Positions 8,874 to 18,539 of a stretch of 64,000 bases of DNA are shown here, piece after piece (the first letter of the stretch is position 1; every line of letters begins with the position of its first letter). The stretch comes from an uncultured archaeon. GTDB lineage: Archaea > Aenigmatarchaeota > Aenigmatarchaeia > QMZP01. The notes under the pieces were generated by a model, which ran no database searches, had not been told where the DNA came from, and saw only the letters and a program-made list of their open reading frames with translations. The stretch is from the NCBI GenBank assembly GCA_964537525.1, contig CAZIAB010000001.1, positions 425-64,424 on the forward strand, in the 5' to 3' direction. Position numbers and translations under genes: made by a program.

Positions 8874-10220
8874 ATGGACTACTCCATATTCAGGTCATAT
8901 GACATAAGGGGGGTGTACGGGGAGAACCTGACAGACGGGATGATGGAAAACATAGGGAACCTCATCTGCCAGTATTCTGAGAAGAAGGATTTCGTTGTGG
9001 CCAGGGACGGGAGGCTTTCCTCGCCCGCGCTCTCTGAAGCCCTCATAAGGGGTGTGAGGAAGGCAGGGGGGAATGTGACCGATGTGGGAGTAAACCCTCT
9101 AGGAAGCGGTTTCTTCCGTGCATGGAAGAGCGGAATGATTTTCCTCTACGTGACAGGCTCCCACCTGGGAAAGGAGCACAACGGCGTCAAGCTCTTCCGC
9201 CCCAACGGGGAGGGGTTCAGGGAAGAGGAGATAATGAGGATAAGGGACATGTACAAGGAGGGCAGGTTCATTGAGAGGAAGGAAGGGAAGCTTGAGGTGG
9301 TAGACAGCAGGAAGGTCATTGACGGGTATATTGACTATCTCCTGTCAAGGATAAGGCCAAAGAGGAGGATGAGGATTATCCTGGACTGCGGGAATGGTGC
9401 CGCATCCCTTATTGCAGGGAAGCTGTTCAAGAAGGCGGGATTCGAGGTGAAGGTCCTCTTCGGAGAGCTGGATGGGAATTTTCCCAACAGGCAACCGGAC
9501 CAGATGAAGGACCCGCTCGATGCCCTGAAGGAGGGTGTCAGGGAGCATGACTTAGGGATAGCGTACGACGGCGACGGCGACAGGATGACGCCGGTTGACG
9601 ACAGGGGGAGGAAGCTCGAGCCAGAGCAGACGTCATACGTTATCCTTTCGGAGGTGCTCGGGAAGGAGAAGGGTCCGGTGGTAGCGAACGTGGAGTGCAC
9701 GAGGATGCTGGACGATGTAGCAGGGAGGTTCGGGAGAAGAGTCGAGAGGATAAAGGTCGGCCACACCTTCCTTGCAGAGACCATCCACAAGCTCGGCGGG
9801 GCATTCGGGGTGGAGAGGTCAGGCCACTTCATGCTTCCCTCGTTGATTCCTTACGATGACTCCCTTGCCATATCCTATTACATGGCTTGCGTCCTTTCTT
9901 CGCAGGACAGGAAGCTCTCGGAGATTGTTGACGGGATGAAATCGTCCCCCTTTGACAGGGACGGCTTCGAGTGTTCTGACAGCGTGAAGTTCAGGGTTAT
10001 AGAGAACCTCCAGAAGAGGTTCGGTGAAGAGTTTGAGAGGGTGAACACGATGGATGGTGTCAGGGTCGACTTCCCGGACGGCTGGGTCCTGATAAGGGCG
10101 TCCAATACATCGCCCAAGATAAGGATAACGGTCGAGGCGGACAATGAGGAACGCCTCAGGGAAATAAAGGAGAGGTTCGCGAAGGAACTGAAGAAAGAGA
10201 TAAGCGCACTGAAGGGGTAA
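8874..10220 (+). CDS. phosphohexomutase (phosphomannomutase / phosphoglucomutase / phosphoglucosamine mutase family)
   Basis: 448 aa. It carries the active-site Ser loop (TGSHLGKEHNG), the metal-binding GDGDR loop (AYDGDGDRM), the sugar-binding GExSGH (VERSGHFM) and the phosphate-binding RASNTSP loop. Confidence 0.8.
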   Translation: MDYSIFRSYDIRGVYGENLTDGMMENIGNLICQYSEKKDFVVARDGRLSSPALSEALIRGVRKAGGNVTDVGVNPLGSGFFRAWKSGMIFLYVTGSHLGKEHNGVKLFRPNGEGFREEEIMRIRDMYKEGRFIERKEGKLEVVDSRKVIDGYIDYLLSRIRPKRRMRIILDCGNGAASLIAGKLFKKAGFEVKVLFGELDGNFPNRQPDQMKDPLDALKEGVREHDLGIAYDGDGDRMTPVDDRGRKLEPEQTSYVILSEVLGKEKGPVVANVECTRMLDDVAGRFGRRVERIKVGHTFLAETIHKLGGAFGVERSGHFMLPSLIPYDDSLAISYYMACVLSSQDRKLSEIVDGMKSSPFDRDGFECSDSVKFRVIENLQKRFGEEFERVNTMDGVRVDFPDGWVLIRASNTSPKIRITVEADNEERLREIKERFAKELKKEISALKG

Positions 10221-10267
10221 GTATATAAACCCCTGTCACAATTATCTTAAGCGCAGAAGGTGGTTTC

Positions 10268-10537
10268 ATGGAGCTAAGGGTTGTTGAAAAGGGGAAGGAA
10301 AAGCTGAAGGTGGAGGTCCGGGGAGAGACCCACACGCTGCTCAATGTCCTGAGGGAGAACGCGTGGAGGGCCGGTGCCGGGCAGTCATCATACATGATAG
10401 AGCATCCGTACATGGCAGAACCCAAGATAATAGTCAGGGCAAAGGACCCGAAGAAAGTCCTCACGTCAGCGGCTCAGGCAATGTCCGACGACTCGAAGGC
10501 ATTCCTCACAGCATTCAAGAGGGCGTGCAAGAGATAA
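10268..10537 (+). CDS. rpoL: DNA-directed RNA polymerase subunit L (Rpo11)
   Basis: 89 aa. MELRVVEKGKEKLKVEVRGETHTLLNVL...HPYMAEPKIIVRAK matches the Rpo11/RpoL fold signature. A GGTGG ribosome-binding site lies 6 nt upstream of the ATG. Confidence 0.8.
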   Translation: MELRVVEKGKEKLKVEVRGETHTLLNVLRENAWRAGAGQSSYMIEHPYMAEPKIIVRAKDPKKVLTSAAQAMSDDSKAFLTAFKRACKR

Positions 10538-10576
10538 TTATTTAAATACCACTATTAAATAGTGACATGTGATTAT

Positions 10577-12904
10577 ATGCCTGGAAAGCTGTCCGGAAAG
10601 GTTAACGTAAAGGAGCTTGCCATGAAATACTGGTGGGCTGTAGCCCTGGTCCTGATAGTTTCCAGCGCGTTCTGGATAAGGTCGTTCCCTGCGAGGTTCG
10701 GGGAACTTCAGGCGCTTGACCCGTTCTTCTTCTACAGGACAGGTGAGTATGCCCTGCAGAACGGTTTGAGCGTGAATTATCATGACGCCCTCAGATACTT
10801 TCCTGACGGTGTCAACACCTACCAGATAGAATACATGCTTCCCATATATCTTCCGGTCTTCGGATACCTCTTGGTTTCGGCCCTGGGGTCTCAGATGACT
10901 TTCCTCCAGTTCAGCATAATATTCCCTGCAATCCTGGGAGCGATATCCGTCCTTGTGATGTATTTCCTGGGCAGGGAGCTCTTCCAGAGCAGGCTGGCAG
11001 GAATTTCCTCGGCATTCTTCATGGCAGTGATACCTGCGGCCGTGACCAGAACATCCGCAGGGTTCCTTGAGAAGGAGCCTGTTGCCGCGATATTCATACC
11101 GCTTACAGCATACTTCTTTGTCAGGGCATTCAGGAGGAAGTCACTGATTGACGGAATAATGTCAGGTATTTCCCTTGCGATGCTGGGGATGTCATGGGGC
11201 GGCGTCCAGTATATATATGCCCTTTACGTCGGTTTCTTCGGTGTCCTGTTCCTTACGGGAGGGATTCTCGTGCTCCTTAACTACCTGTTCGGGGGCCTTG
11301 ACAAATGGGTAAGCTCGATAGAGTCGTGCTATGACGAGAGGATTATTTTCTCATTCCTTCCGCTGGTGCTCATAGGGATTCCGCTCCACTGGGTTTTCCC
11401 GCACAACATAACAACCAATGCCGTGGCTGTTCAGTTGTCATTCGCAGTCGCAGGCGTGCTCGCAGTCAGGTACGGCGTTGAGAGATTCAAGCTGATAAAA
11501 TCAGAACTTCTTCCTTACGTGATACCAGGGATAATGGTCATAGGGGTTGTTGGTCTCCTCACGGGCTCAATGTTCATAGACAGCCTTGCAAGAGACGTTT
11601 CTGAATTCACGGGCCTGATGACCTTCGAGAAGGGCGTTATAGGGACGACCGTTGCTGAGAACGCTCCCGGTGACTGGGCTGCCATACAGTCAACGACAGG
11701 AAACAGCTATTCTTCGGCTTACCTTCCGCAACTGTCTTCGGTGTCATGGTTCTTCTCAGCAAGCCTGCTCATGATTCTGGGCATTGGTGCAATACTCTAC
11801 AGGGTATGGAAAAGGAAGGACTGGATTCTCATCCTTCCTGCGATATGGTTCTTCACCAGCATATTCGCGGTATTCTATTACGTGAGGCTGGTGTTCCTCA
11901 TAGCTGTCCCCGCATCCCTCCTTTCCGGGTTCTTTGCATACTGGGTAGTTGACAAGTCAAAAAGGACAGGGGCGTACAAGCGAATGGCTGACGCAGGAAA
12001 GAGGTTCAACCCCATAGCGATTATCCTGGTTGCGCTCGCAATCCTGCTCGTAATGACGAACTTCGCAAGCGCCTATGCATACGGCATAAACCTGGGTCCC
12101 TCCATATGCTTCCCGAGATATAATTCCAATGACCCCTTCGATGTCGAGCCCTGCATCACCTATGACGAGAACGGCAACGAGGTCTTTGCAGACAACCAGC
12201 CATGGTATGAGGCATTCGCATTCTTCAGAGACCAGACTCCTGAGGACAGCGTGATACTTTCATGGTGGGACTTCGGCCACTGGTTCCATGCGAGGGCTGA
12301 GAGGGCGTCCGTCGCTGACGGCGGCAACCTCTTCGGCTCAACGATAAACGTCCCGATAGCGCAGTGGTACGTGGACGACGTCTCGAACTGGGACGATCAC
12401 GAGGAATGGATAAAGAGCAAGGGCGTTACTCACATACTCATGGATTACACCCTCCCCGGCAAGTACGGGGCAATATCGAAGATTGCATCAGACGGCGAGC
12501 AGATAATAGGATACCTCCAGATGAACCAGGCAGGCACGCAGCAGAGGGAAAACGACACCATCTACGTCTTCAGCAACGGGCCATATGAGATTTGGCTTCC
12601 GATGGGACCGGACGGAGGACTGTCAGGGACGCCCATGTTCCTTATCTCACAGAACGGGCAGTATTACCAGAGGAGTTACATAAACGAGGTTTGTACAAAC
12701 CAGGGAATACTGACCGTCGGGAACCAGACCCCGTCAATGCCAGGGTGTGTGGGGCTCGCGGACTTTGGCGTTTTCTACGTCCCCCCTGAAGCAGAGAACT
12801 CGATATTCAACAGCCTGATGTTCATGGAGGGCAAGGGCCTCCCTGTGAAGAAGGTCTTTGACAACAGGTACGTGAAGATATACGAAGTCGAATACGGCGA
12901 GTAG
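10577..12904 (+). CDS. aglB: archaeal oligosaccharyltransferase AglB (STT3 family)
   Basis: About 775 aa. A multi-TM N-terminal half is followed by the WWDYG motif variant (ILSWWDFGHWF) and a C-terminal soluble domain. The start is uncertain: GTG at 10562, ATG at 10577 or ATG at 10622. Confidence 0.8.
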   Translation: MPGKLSGKVNVKELAMKYWWAVALVLIVSSAFWIRSFPARFGELQALDPFFFYRTGEYALQNGLSVNYHDALRYFPDGVNTYQIEYMLPIYLPVFGYLLVSALGSQMTFLQFSIIFPAILGAISVLVMYFLGRELFQSRLAGISSAFFMAVIPAAVTRTSAGFLEKEPVAAIFIPLTAYFFVRAFRRKSLIDGIMSGISLAMLGMSWGGVQYIYALYVGFFGVLFLTGGILVLLNYLFGGLDKWVSSIESCYDERIIFSFLPLVLIGIPLHWVFPHNITTNAVAVQLSFAVAGVLAVRYGVERFKLIKSELLPYVIPGIMVIGVVGLLTGSMFIDSLARDVSEFTGLMTFEKGVIGTTVAENAPGDWAAIQSTTGNSYSSAYLPQLSSVSWFFSASLLMILGIGAILYRVWKRKDWILILPAIWFFTSIFAVFYYVRLVFLIAVPASLLSGFFAYWVVDKSKRTGAYKRMADAGKRFNPIAIILVALAILLVMTNFASAYAYGINLGPSICFPRYNSNDPFDVEPCITYDENGNEVFADNQPWYEAFAFFRDQTPEDSVILSWWDFGHWFHARAERASVADGGNLFGSTINVPIAQWYVDDVSNWDDHEEWIKSKGVTHILMDYTLPGKYGAISKIASDGEQIIGYLQMNQAGTQQRENDTIYVFSNGPYEIWLPMGPDGGLSGTPMFLISQNGQYYQRSYINEVCTNQGILTVGNQTPSMPGCVGLADFGVFYVPPEAENSIFNSLMFMEGKGLPVKKVFDNRYVKIYEVEYGE

Positions 12905-13366
12905 TTATTGTTGCTTGGTTTCTCCCATGAAACCGCCCTTCTTATAGGCAGCGTAGAATATCATCAGCAGGAGGATTCCTGCCACGATGAAGACAGAGTT
13001 CTCTGAAGAGAGCCATGGTATGTAGCTCTCCACGAAATCCTGCTGGCTCGAGACGAACACCAGGACCAGGGCCGCTATCACAGCAACAAGGGAGAAATCG
13101 ACCTTCTTGTCATCTCCCCTGAAGACGTTGAGTATGAAGCCCAGGACGAAGAATATCACGAAGAGGATTGCCGCGTAGGGGAGGATGTCCATGACGAAGA
13201 CCGTGACTGCCTCTGAGGTGAGGGTCACCGCGGCTATCGCGAGGGATATCATGCCCTTTACAGACGACTTCTTGAAGACGTTGGATACCTCGAGCGACCC
13301 ATATACCACTGCCAAAACGAAGAAGAACGGAATCGCAATCTCAACGAACGTTGCCATGATTATCAC
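12905..13366 (-). CDS. hypothetical integral membrane protein (about 5 TM helices)
   Basis: 153 aa, strongly hydrophobic. It overlaps the downstream gene by 4 bp (ATGA), so the two form an operon. Confidence 0.45.
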   Translation of the reverse strand: MIIMATFVEIAIPFFFVLAVVYGSLEVSNVFKKSSVKGMISLAIAAVTLTSEAVTVFVMDILPYAAILFVIFFVLGFILNVFRGDDKKVDFSLVAVIAALVLVFVSSQQDFVESYIPWLSSENSVFIVAGILLLMIFYAAYKKGGFMGETKQQ

Positions 13367-14073
13367 GCAGCCCTTTTGTGTCTTTCAGCCTTCTCAAATT
13401 TTTTTGATATCTCTTCTATGCTTCTCCAGTATTGCTTGCCCCTCTTTTCAACATCAAAATCTGCAACGCCCGTCTGGATTTTGCCCGACCTTGCAAAGGC
13501 TTTTATAAGTTCCTCAGTTTCTGTCTTCATGTTCCAGTATGCAGCTGTCAGCGCGCCTATGTCAGCGCCTGCCGGTGCCTTCTCAATCTTCTCCACTATT
13601 CCCCTGAGATTTATCAGCCTGTCGTTTATTGCCTTCTTCATGTCATTATAATCATCGCTAAGGGTTTCCCTGGCCCGTCCTGCCAGGTATCCTGCAATCC
13701 CCCCCATGGCAGCGGAGCCTGCTAGATTCCCTTTGCCGCCCCTCTTCTCCTTGAAGAGGAGGCGGAAGAAGAACACCCATGCACCGACTATTAGTATCAG
13801 TATAATCCACCAGAACTGGCTGAGGGGAATGAACAGGGTCATCAGCCCGTTAATGACTATCACGGCGTAGAGCGCTATTGATATGAGGAGGCGCAGCCCT
13901 CCCCTGACCTCGTCGAGTACGTACTGGAGGATGAGGTATATGATGAGGAGGATGAAGACGGTGGGGAAGAAGAAGAGGTTGAATATGGCGTCTATCTGGT
14001 TCGTGTAGTAGCACTGCACGACATTGCAGTCTATCCTGAGGACTTCAATCAGCATCTGTATGAGGTCTGCCAT
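13363..14073 (-). CDS. hypothetical membrane protein (4 TM) with a C-terminal cytoplasmic helical domain
   Basis: 236 aa. TM helices in the N-terminal half, a Gly-rich loop (GGKGNLAGSAAMGGIAGYLAG), then a charged helical tail. Confidence 0.45.
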   Translation of the reverse strand: MADLIQMLIEVLRIDCNVVQCYYTNQIDAIFNLFFFPTVFILLIIYLILQYVLDEVRGGLRLLISIALYAVIVINGLMTLFIPLSQFWWIILILIVGAWVFFFRLLFKEKRGGKGNLAGSAAMGGIAGYLAGRARETLSDDYNDMKKAINDRLINLRGIVEKIEKAPAGADIGALTAAYWNMKTETEELIKAFARSGKIQTGVADFDVEKRGKQYWRSIEEISKKFEKAERHKRAA

Positions 14074-14265
14074 GCTTTAATTTGAATTAGCAAGCTTATA
14101 TTAATTGGACATCCCCGGATTCGTGACCGGCAGTGATTGTGTGGCTGGCATGAAAGTGCTTGCCGGGCCGCGGAAGGAAAAAAACAACAATAAAAACGCA
14201 ATGATATAATTTTATTAAGAACAACGGATATAACATTAATAATACAATAATTAACAGTGAAGCCA
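14074..14265. promoter_or_regulatory. AT-rich promoter/leader region upstream of the surface glycoprotein gene
   Basis: Long A/T tract (ggaaggaaaaaaacaacaataaaaacgcaatgatataattttattaag...) with TATA-like elements about 60 nt upstream of the ATG. This is typical of strongly expressed archaeal cell-surface genes. Confidence 0.4.
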
Positions 14266-17200
14266 ATGGGACCGGTTCTTGTTCGCGGGGGGAAACTGGC
14301 AGTCCTCCTTCTGGCAGGACTCTATATTGCTTTTACTGTCAGTGTCCTTGCTGCGACAGGGAATATTGATGTGACAATAGCATCGACCAACGGCACTTTC
14401 ATAGGAGGCACGGTTGGATTTACTTCAACGACCAACTCGAGCGCGGGTAATGTAACTTGGCAATATCATAACGGTTCCCAGTGGGTTGACATATGCACCA
14501 ACACCACTTACGGGACAAGCTTTTCCAATACGAGTTGTGACGTTTCTGGCATAGCAGAGGCCTATTATAATTTCAGCGCAGTGGCGAACATTACAGATGA
14601 TAACGAGAGCCGTTCGGATTATCTGAACCTGACCGTTGACAACAACCCGCCTGACGTGGATTTCGCCGCGAACAACCCGACGCAGAGCAACTGGACCAAC
14701 AGCGGGGTCGTTACGTTCAACGTGACGATAGCCGACAACAACACGCAGAGCTGCATATTCGAGCTCAACCATTCGGCATGGGCAAGCGCTGTCAATTACA
14801 CCAATTCGTCCTCCGGCGGGTCATGCTCATACCGTTTCGCAGACCTCGGTGACGGGAACTGGACGTATATTGCGTGGGCGAACGACAGCGCATCCAATTA
14901 CAACAGCACGGAAACCAGGTGGATAGTGGTGGAGACCGAAGTTCCTTCCGTTACGGTCCACACCCCTGGCTCGACCAACCAGAGCAGCGTCCCGGTTCTC
15001 TTCAACTTCACTGTGGTGGACGAGGTCGCGGCAACGACCAACTGCACCGTGTGGTTCAACGGCAGCCAGGTCTACAATAACGATTCCGTCCTCGACAACA
15101 CCCCCACGGAGTTCAGCCTCGCTTCCCTCGGCAGGGGCGACCAGACGTGGAAGATTAACTGCTCTGATGCCAACTATACGTATGCTTCTGGAACCACGAC
15201 GTTCGGCCTGTATCCGAACGTGGCGATTGAGGATTTCTGGTGGTCGCACTCCTCGAACAACAATACTGCCATCGGGGACGACATCAACGCAACAGTCCTC
15301 GTCAACCTTACGGGAAGCTTCAACCTTACGGATAACTTCACCGTCAGGATAAGGCTTGATTCGGGGACGTGGTATTCCCAGAACGTGAGCAACACCACCC
15401 TCACCACAGAGAGCCCCTCCCTGCCGCTCACCTTCATAGACAACATAACCGTCTCCTCTGCAGGGAACCACACGCTAACTGCGCAGCTCATCCTTTACGA
15501 GTCAGAGGCAGGGGACTCTTCTGACAATACCGCAACGGCGTACGTCTATGCGGGATACGTAGTGGAGCTTGCCAATGTCTGCTACGACGGGACCTGCACG
15601 TATAACAATATAAATGAGGCTCTTGTCCCGCCGGGAGAGAACGTAACGGTGAACGTCTCTGTCCAGTACCCGAACGGCAGCTATGTGACATCGGGTCTCT
15701 CGTCAGTGAATTTCAAGGTCTATAACAGGAAGGACTCGGGTAGTGTCCCTTACAACCCGACCTGGACGAACTCGTCCATGGGAACGGTTCAGGGTGGCGG
15801 CGCGACCGGCCACTACAAGTTCAACTATATTATACCCGACCTCGTTTGGGGCTCCAATTATCACAACCTAGCGGACGCGCCCGGAAGGTATTACCTTTAC
15901 GTCAACGTCACCAACGGGAATTACGTCAACCCTGCAAATCTTGATTATGCCTTCTACAACATAAGCGCCGGATACCTCACAATCAGCTACAGCATACCTT
16001 CTGCGGTGACCGACCTCGAGGGGGAGGATTACAAGATTGCATATTTAAATATTACGATATCCAATGCGGACGGCACGCTGGCCCTGCAGCAGATACAGCT
16101 GATAGAGGACGAGTCAGACGGCGTAGAGGCCTTCACCTTCGGGACGTATGACGGGAGCCCTGACTGCGACAGCGTTAACATAACCAGCCTGGCCAATGGC
16201 TCCACCCACACCACCTGCAGGATGAGGATAAAGACCTCCAGCACCGGCGATGACCGGTGGACTAACGTGACCGCTGTGGCTCGCGACGCGAACAACAACT
16301 TCTATTATTACTCGCTCAAGAGGACTTTCGATATTGATGATTCCTATACGAGCGGTGATACAGACCCTGGAACCACAGGAGGGACGCCGAGCGGAGGGGA
16401 TGACTTCAACTTCGCGGTGAGCATAACCGACTACCCAGCGAAGGTCTATGCATACCCGGGAGGGAGCAACAGGACGAACGTCACAATAAAGAACTCCGGT
16501 GACACGGTCCTCGTGGCAAAGCTGAAGGTCACTGCTTCGGGAGTGATAGACAGCACCACCATAACCCCTGTGAGCTACAGCCTGAGCCCCGGCTCGAGCT
16601 GGAACTTCACCGTTGACTTCACCATGGCAAGCGACGCAGAGGTGGGGGAATTTACCGGGATATTCACGGCCTACATGTCAACCGACGCTGACACCAACGA
16701 CGCGAAGACCTTCAAGGTGGTCGTGCTCGCTACAGAGGAACTGGCAGGGCAGATAAATGCATCGTGCCGGAACAAGACGGCCATGGTGGAGGCCATGTTC
16801 GCGAGGTTCAGGCTGATAAACCCCGCGGCAGTCAACGACAGCAACTACACGGCCGTGAAGAATCTCATGGACAAACTCAATTCAACCTTCATGGAGCTGC
16901 TGGCTGCGGTGGACGCGGAGGACTGGACAACCGCAAACACCCTGCTTTCAAGCCTGCAGGCAGACATTGACAATGCAGAATCTGCTCTCGCTGACCTCGA
17001 GCTGGAGCAGACGATGTCCTGGGGAGGCAGCTGGTCAGGGATATGGTTCTGGGTGATAATAGTGATAGTCATGGTCATAGTGGTCGGGTTCGTTGCATAC
17101 CTCTTCTACCCGCAGAAGAAGGGCCTCGGCTTCGCCCCGCCAATGCAGAAGGGGGGCTTCTTCGACAGGCTGAACGGAATCTTCCACTCGGCCAAGACCA

Positions 17201-17433
17201 AGACAAAGAGCATAAAAACTCCGAAAATCAAGAAGGAGGAGCCCGAGCCGGAGGCCCCACCGAGATACATAGAGGGGTATGAGAAGCACGGCAGAGAGGA
17301 CTTCCGGTACGGGAAGCAATCGAAAGGGATAATCAAGAAGATAAAGGACAAGTTCAAGAAGAAGAAGCCCCAGAAGGACATGTCAGAGTTCTTCTCATCA
17401 GGCAGCACCGAGAGGATAGTGAGCGATTACTGA
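14266..17433 (+). CDS. cell-surface glycoprotein (S-layer protein candidate): signal peptide, very dense N-x-S/T sequons, C-terminal TM anchor and K-rich cytoplasmic tail
   Basis: MGPVLVRGGKLAVLLLAGLYIAFTVSVLAA signal peptide. Sequons occur throughout (NGTF, NSS, NVTW, NGSQ, NTTY, NTSC...). The C-terminus has a TM helix (IWFWVIIVIVMVIVVGFVAYLF) followed by a basic tail. It lies immediately downstream of aglB. The ORF-track start at 14257 is GTG, so I used the ATG at 14266. Confidence 0.75.
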   Translation: MGPVLVRGGKLAVLLLAGLYIAFTVSVLAATGNIDVTIASTNGTFIGGTVGFTSTTNSSAGNVTWQYHNGSQWVDICTNTTYGTSFSNTSCDVSGIAEAYYNFSAVANITDDNESRSDYLNLTVDNNPPDVDFAANNPTQSNWTNSGVVTFNVTIADNNTQSCIFELNHSAWASAVNYTNSSSGGSCSYRFADLGDGNWTYIAWANDSASNYNSTETRWIVVETEVPSVTVHTPGSTNQSSVPVLFNFTVVDEVAATTNCTVWFNGSQVYNNDSVLDNTPTEFSLASLGRGDQTWKINCSDANYTYASGTTTFGLYPNVAIEDFWWSHSSNNNTAIGDDINATVLVNLTGSFNLTDNFTVRIRLDSGTWYSQNVSNTTLTTESPSLPLTFIDNITVSSAGNHTLTAQLILYESEAGDSSDNTATAYVYAGYVVELANVCYDGTCTYNNINEALVPPGENVTVNVSVQYPNGSYVTSGLSSVNFKVYNRKDSGSVPYNPTWTNSSMGTVQGGGATGHYKFNYIIPDLVWGSNYHNLADAPGRYYLYVNVTNGNYVNPANLDYAFYNISAGYLTISYSIPSAVTDLEGEDYKIAYLNITISNADGTLALQQIQLIEDESDGVEAFTFGTYDGSPDCDSVNITSLANGSTHTTCRMRIKTSSTGDDRWTNVTAVARDANNNFYYYSLKRTFDIDDSYTSGDTDPGTTGGTPSGGDDFNFAVSITDYPAKVYAYPGGSNRTNVTIKNSGDTVLVAKLKVTASGVIDSTTITPVSYSLSPGSSWNFTVDFTMASDAEVGEFTGIFTAYMSTDADTNDAKTFKVVVLATEELAGQINASCRNKTAMVEAMFARFRLINPAAVNDSNYTAVKNLMDKLNSTFMELLAAVDAEDWTTANTLLSSLQADIDNAESALADLELEQTMSWGGSWSGIWFWVIIVIVMVIVVGFVAYLFYPQKKGLGFAPPMQKGGFFDRLNGIFHSAKTKTKSIKTPKIKKEEPEPEAPPRYIEGYEKHGREDFRYGKQSKGIIKKIKDKFKKKKPQKDMSEFFSSGSTERIVSDY

Positions 17434-17437
17434 ATTC

Positions 17438-18466
17438 TTATTCAAGGATGTCCATCAGGGGGAAGTCCATGTCCAGTCGGGATGTATCCATTCCCTCAAG
17501 GGATTTGAATATATTGTCTATTTGACTGTTGTTGAGCGACTTGTATAGTTCCCTGAACATCAGGCCTGCCCTTATAGACCTGCCGATGGTTTTGTGCCAG
17601 CGCTCCTCGTACCTGGAAAGGAAGGCTTCCGAGAAATCGTTATTCCTGAAGGCCTCCTTCAGGACGTCTGCTGCTATCCTCCCGCAGGCCATGCCATAAA
17701 CTATCCCGCCGCCTGACCAGGGCTTTGTCTGGGACGCCGCATCGCCAACGAGGAGCGTCCTTCTGAAAGAGGTCCTGTGGAGACCGAAGGGTATGGAGCC
17801 AGCCCTCCTCTCGAAATCACCCAGTTTGAAAAATCTCTTCAGGACGGGGAAGGAGCTCCCTGCCCCGAGCATCCCGTATTCCGTCCTTTCTCCGCGCGGG
17901 ATTCTCCAGAGGAATCCATCCGTCCTTTTTTTATCAAACCATAGCTCCACGAAATCCTCCTCGCCCGGCTTGTCCTCTATGGCGATTATCCCCGGGACGC
18001 TCTCTGAACTTTGCCCGAAGTGCCTCCTTACGAGGGAATTTGGCCCGTCCGCTCCTACGAGGACCTCTGAGCGGAGCGTCCCTCCGCTGGTGGATACGGA
18101 AACACCCTCCCTTGTGACAGACACCTTGTTGACACTGGTCGCGAGAAGCTTTTCTGCCCTGCTCCTTTCCAGAAGGATGCGGTCAAACCTCTGACGGTCT
18201 ATCACGTAGGCAGCAATCCGCTTCTTCATCAGCTCCAGCTTCCCTCCGCCGGGAGAGTGGAGGACTGCTCCTTTGACCGTATGCTCTATGCATCCAGAGG
18301 GACGGAAGAACCTGTCAACGTTCCTTGATACGAGGCCTGAGCACTGTATCGGTCTTCCTGGCTCCTTCTTCTGGTCAATCAGCAGGGTGTCCAGATTTCT
18401 GCACTGCTCTGATACACAGGAGCCGGAGGGCCCTCCACCGATAACAATAATATCGCGCTTCTCCAT
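17438..18466 (-). CDS. geranylgeranyl reductase family FAD-dependent oxidoreductase (digeranylgeranylglycerophospholipid reductase-like)
   Basis: N-terminal dinucleotide-binding motif (IIVIGGGPSG), GADGPNS and GDAA motifs; about 342 aa. The ORF-track start at 18487 is TTG, so I used the ATG at 18466. ttataaat-type TATA boxes lie upstream on the minus strand. Confidence 0.8.
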   Translation of the reverse strand: MEKRDIIVIGGGPSGSCVSEQCRNLDTLLIDQKKEPGRPIQCSGLVSRNVDRFFRPSGCIEHTVKGAVLHSPGGGKLELMKKRIAAYVIDRQRFDRILLERSRAEKLLATSVNKVSVTREGVSVSTSGGTLRSEVLVGADGPNSLVRRHFGQSSESVPGIIAIEDKPGEEDFVELWFDKKRTDGFLWRIPRGERTEYGMLGAGSSFPVLKRFFKLGDFERRAGSIPFGLHRTSFRRTLLVGDAASQTKPWSGGGIVYGMACGRIAADVLKEAFRNNDFSEAFLSRYEERWHKTIGRSIRAGLMFRELYKSLNNSQIDNIFKSLEGMDTSRLDMDFPLMDILE

Positions 18467-18539
18467 AACATTTATAAGCCTTTTCAATATTTATAACCTA
18501 AAACAAGAGTATGTTATAGGCTTCTTCAGAGTGAATACC
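18467..18539. promoter_or_regulatory. AT-rich divergent promoter region between the geranylgeranyl reductase (-) and secF (+)
   Basis: tttataa / ttataaat elements on both strands lie within 73 bp between two divergent start codons. Confidence 0.4.
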
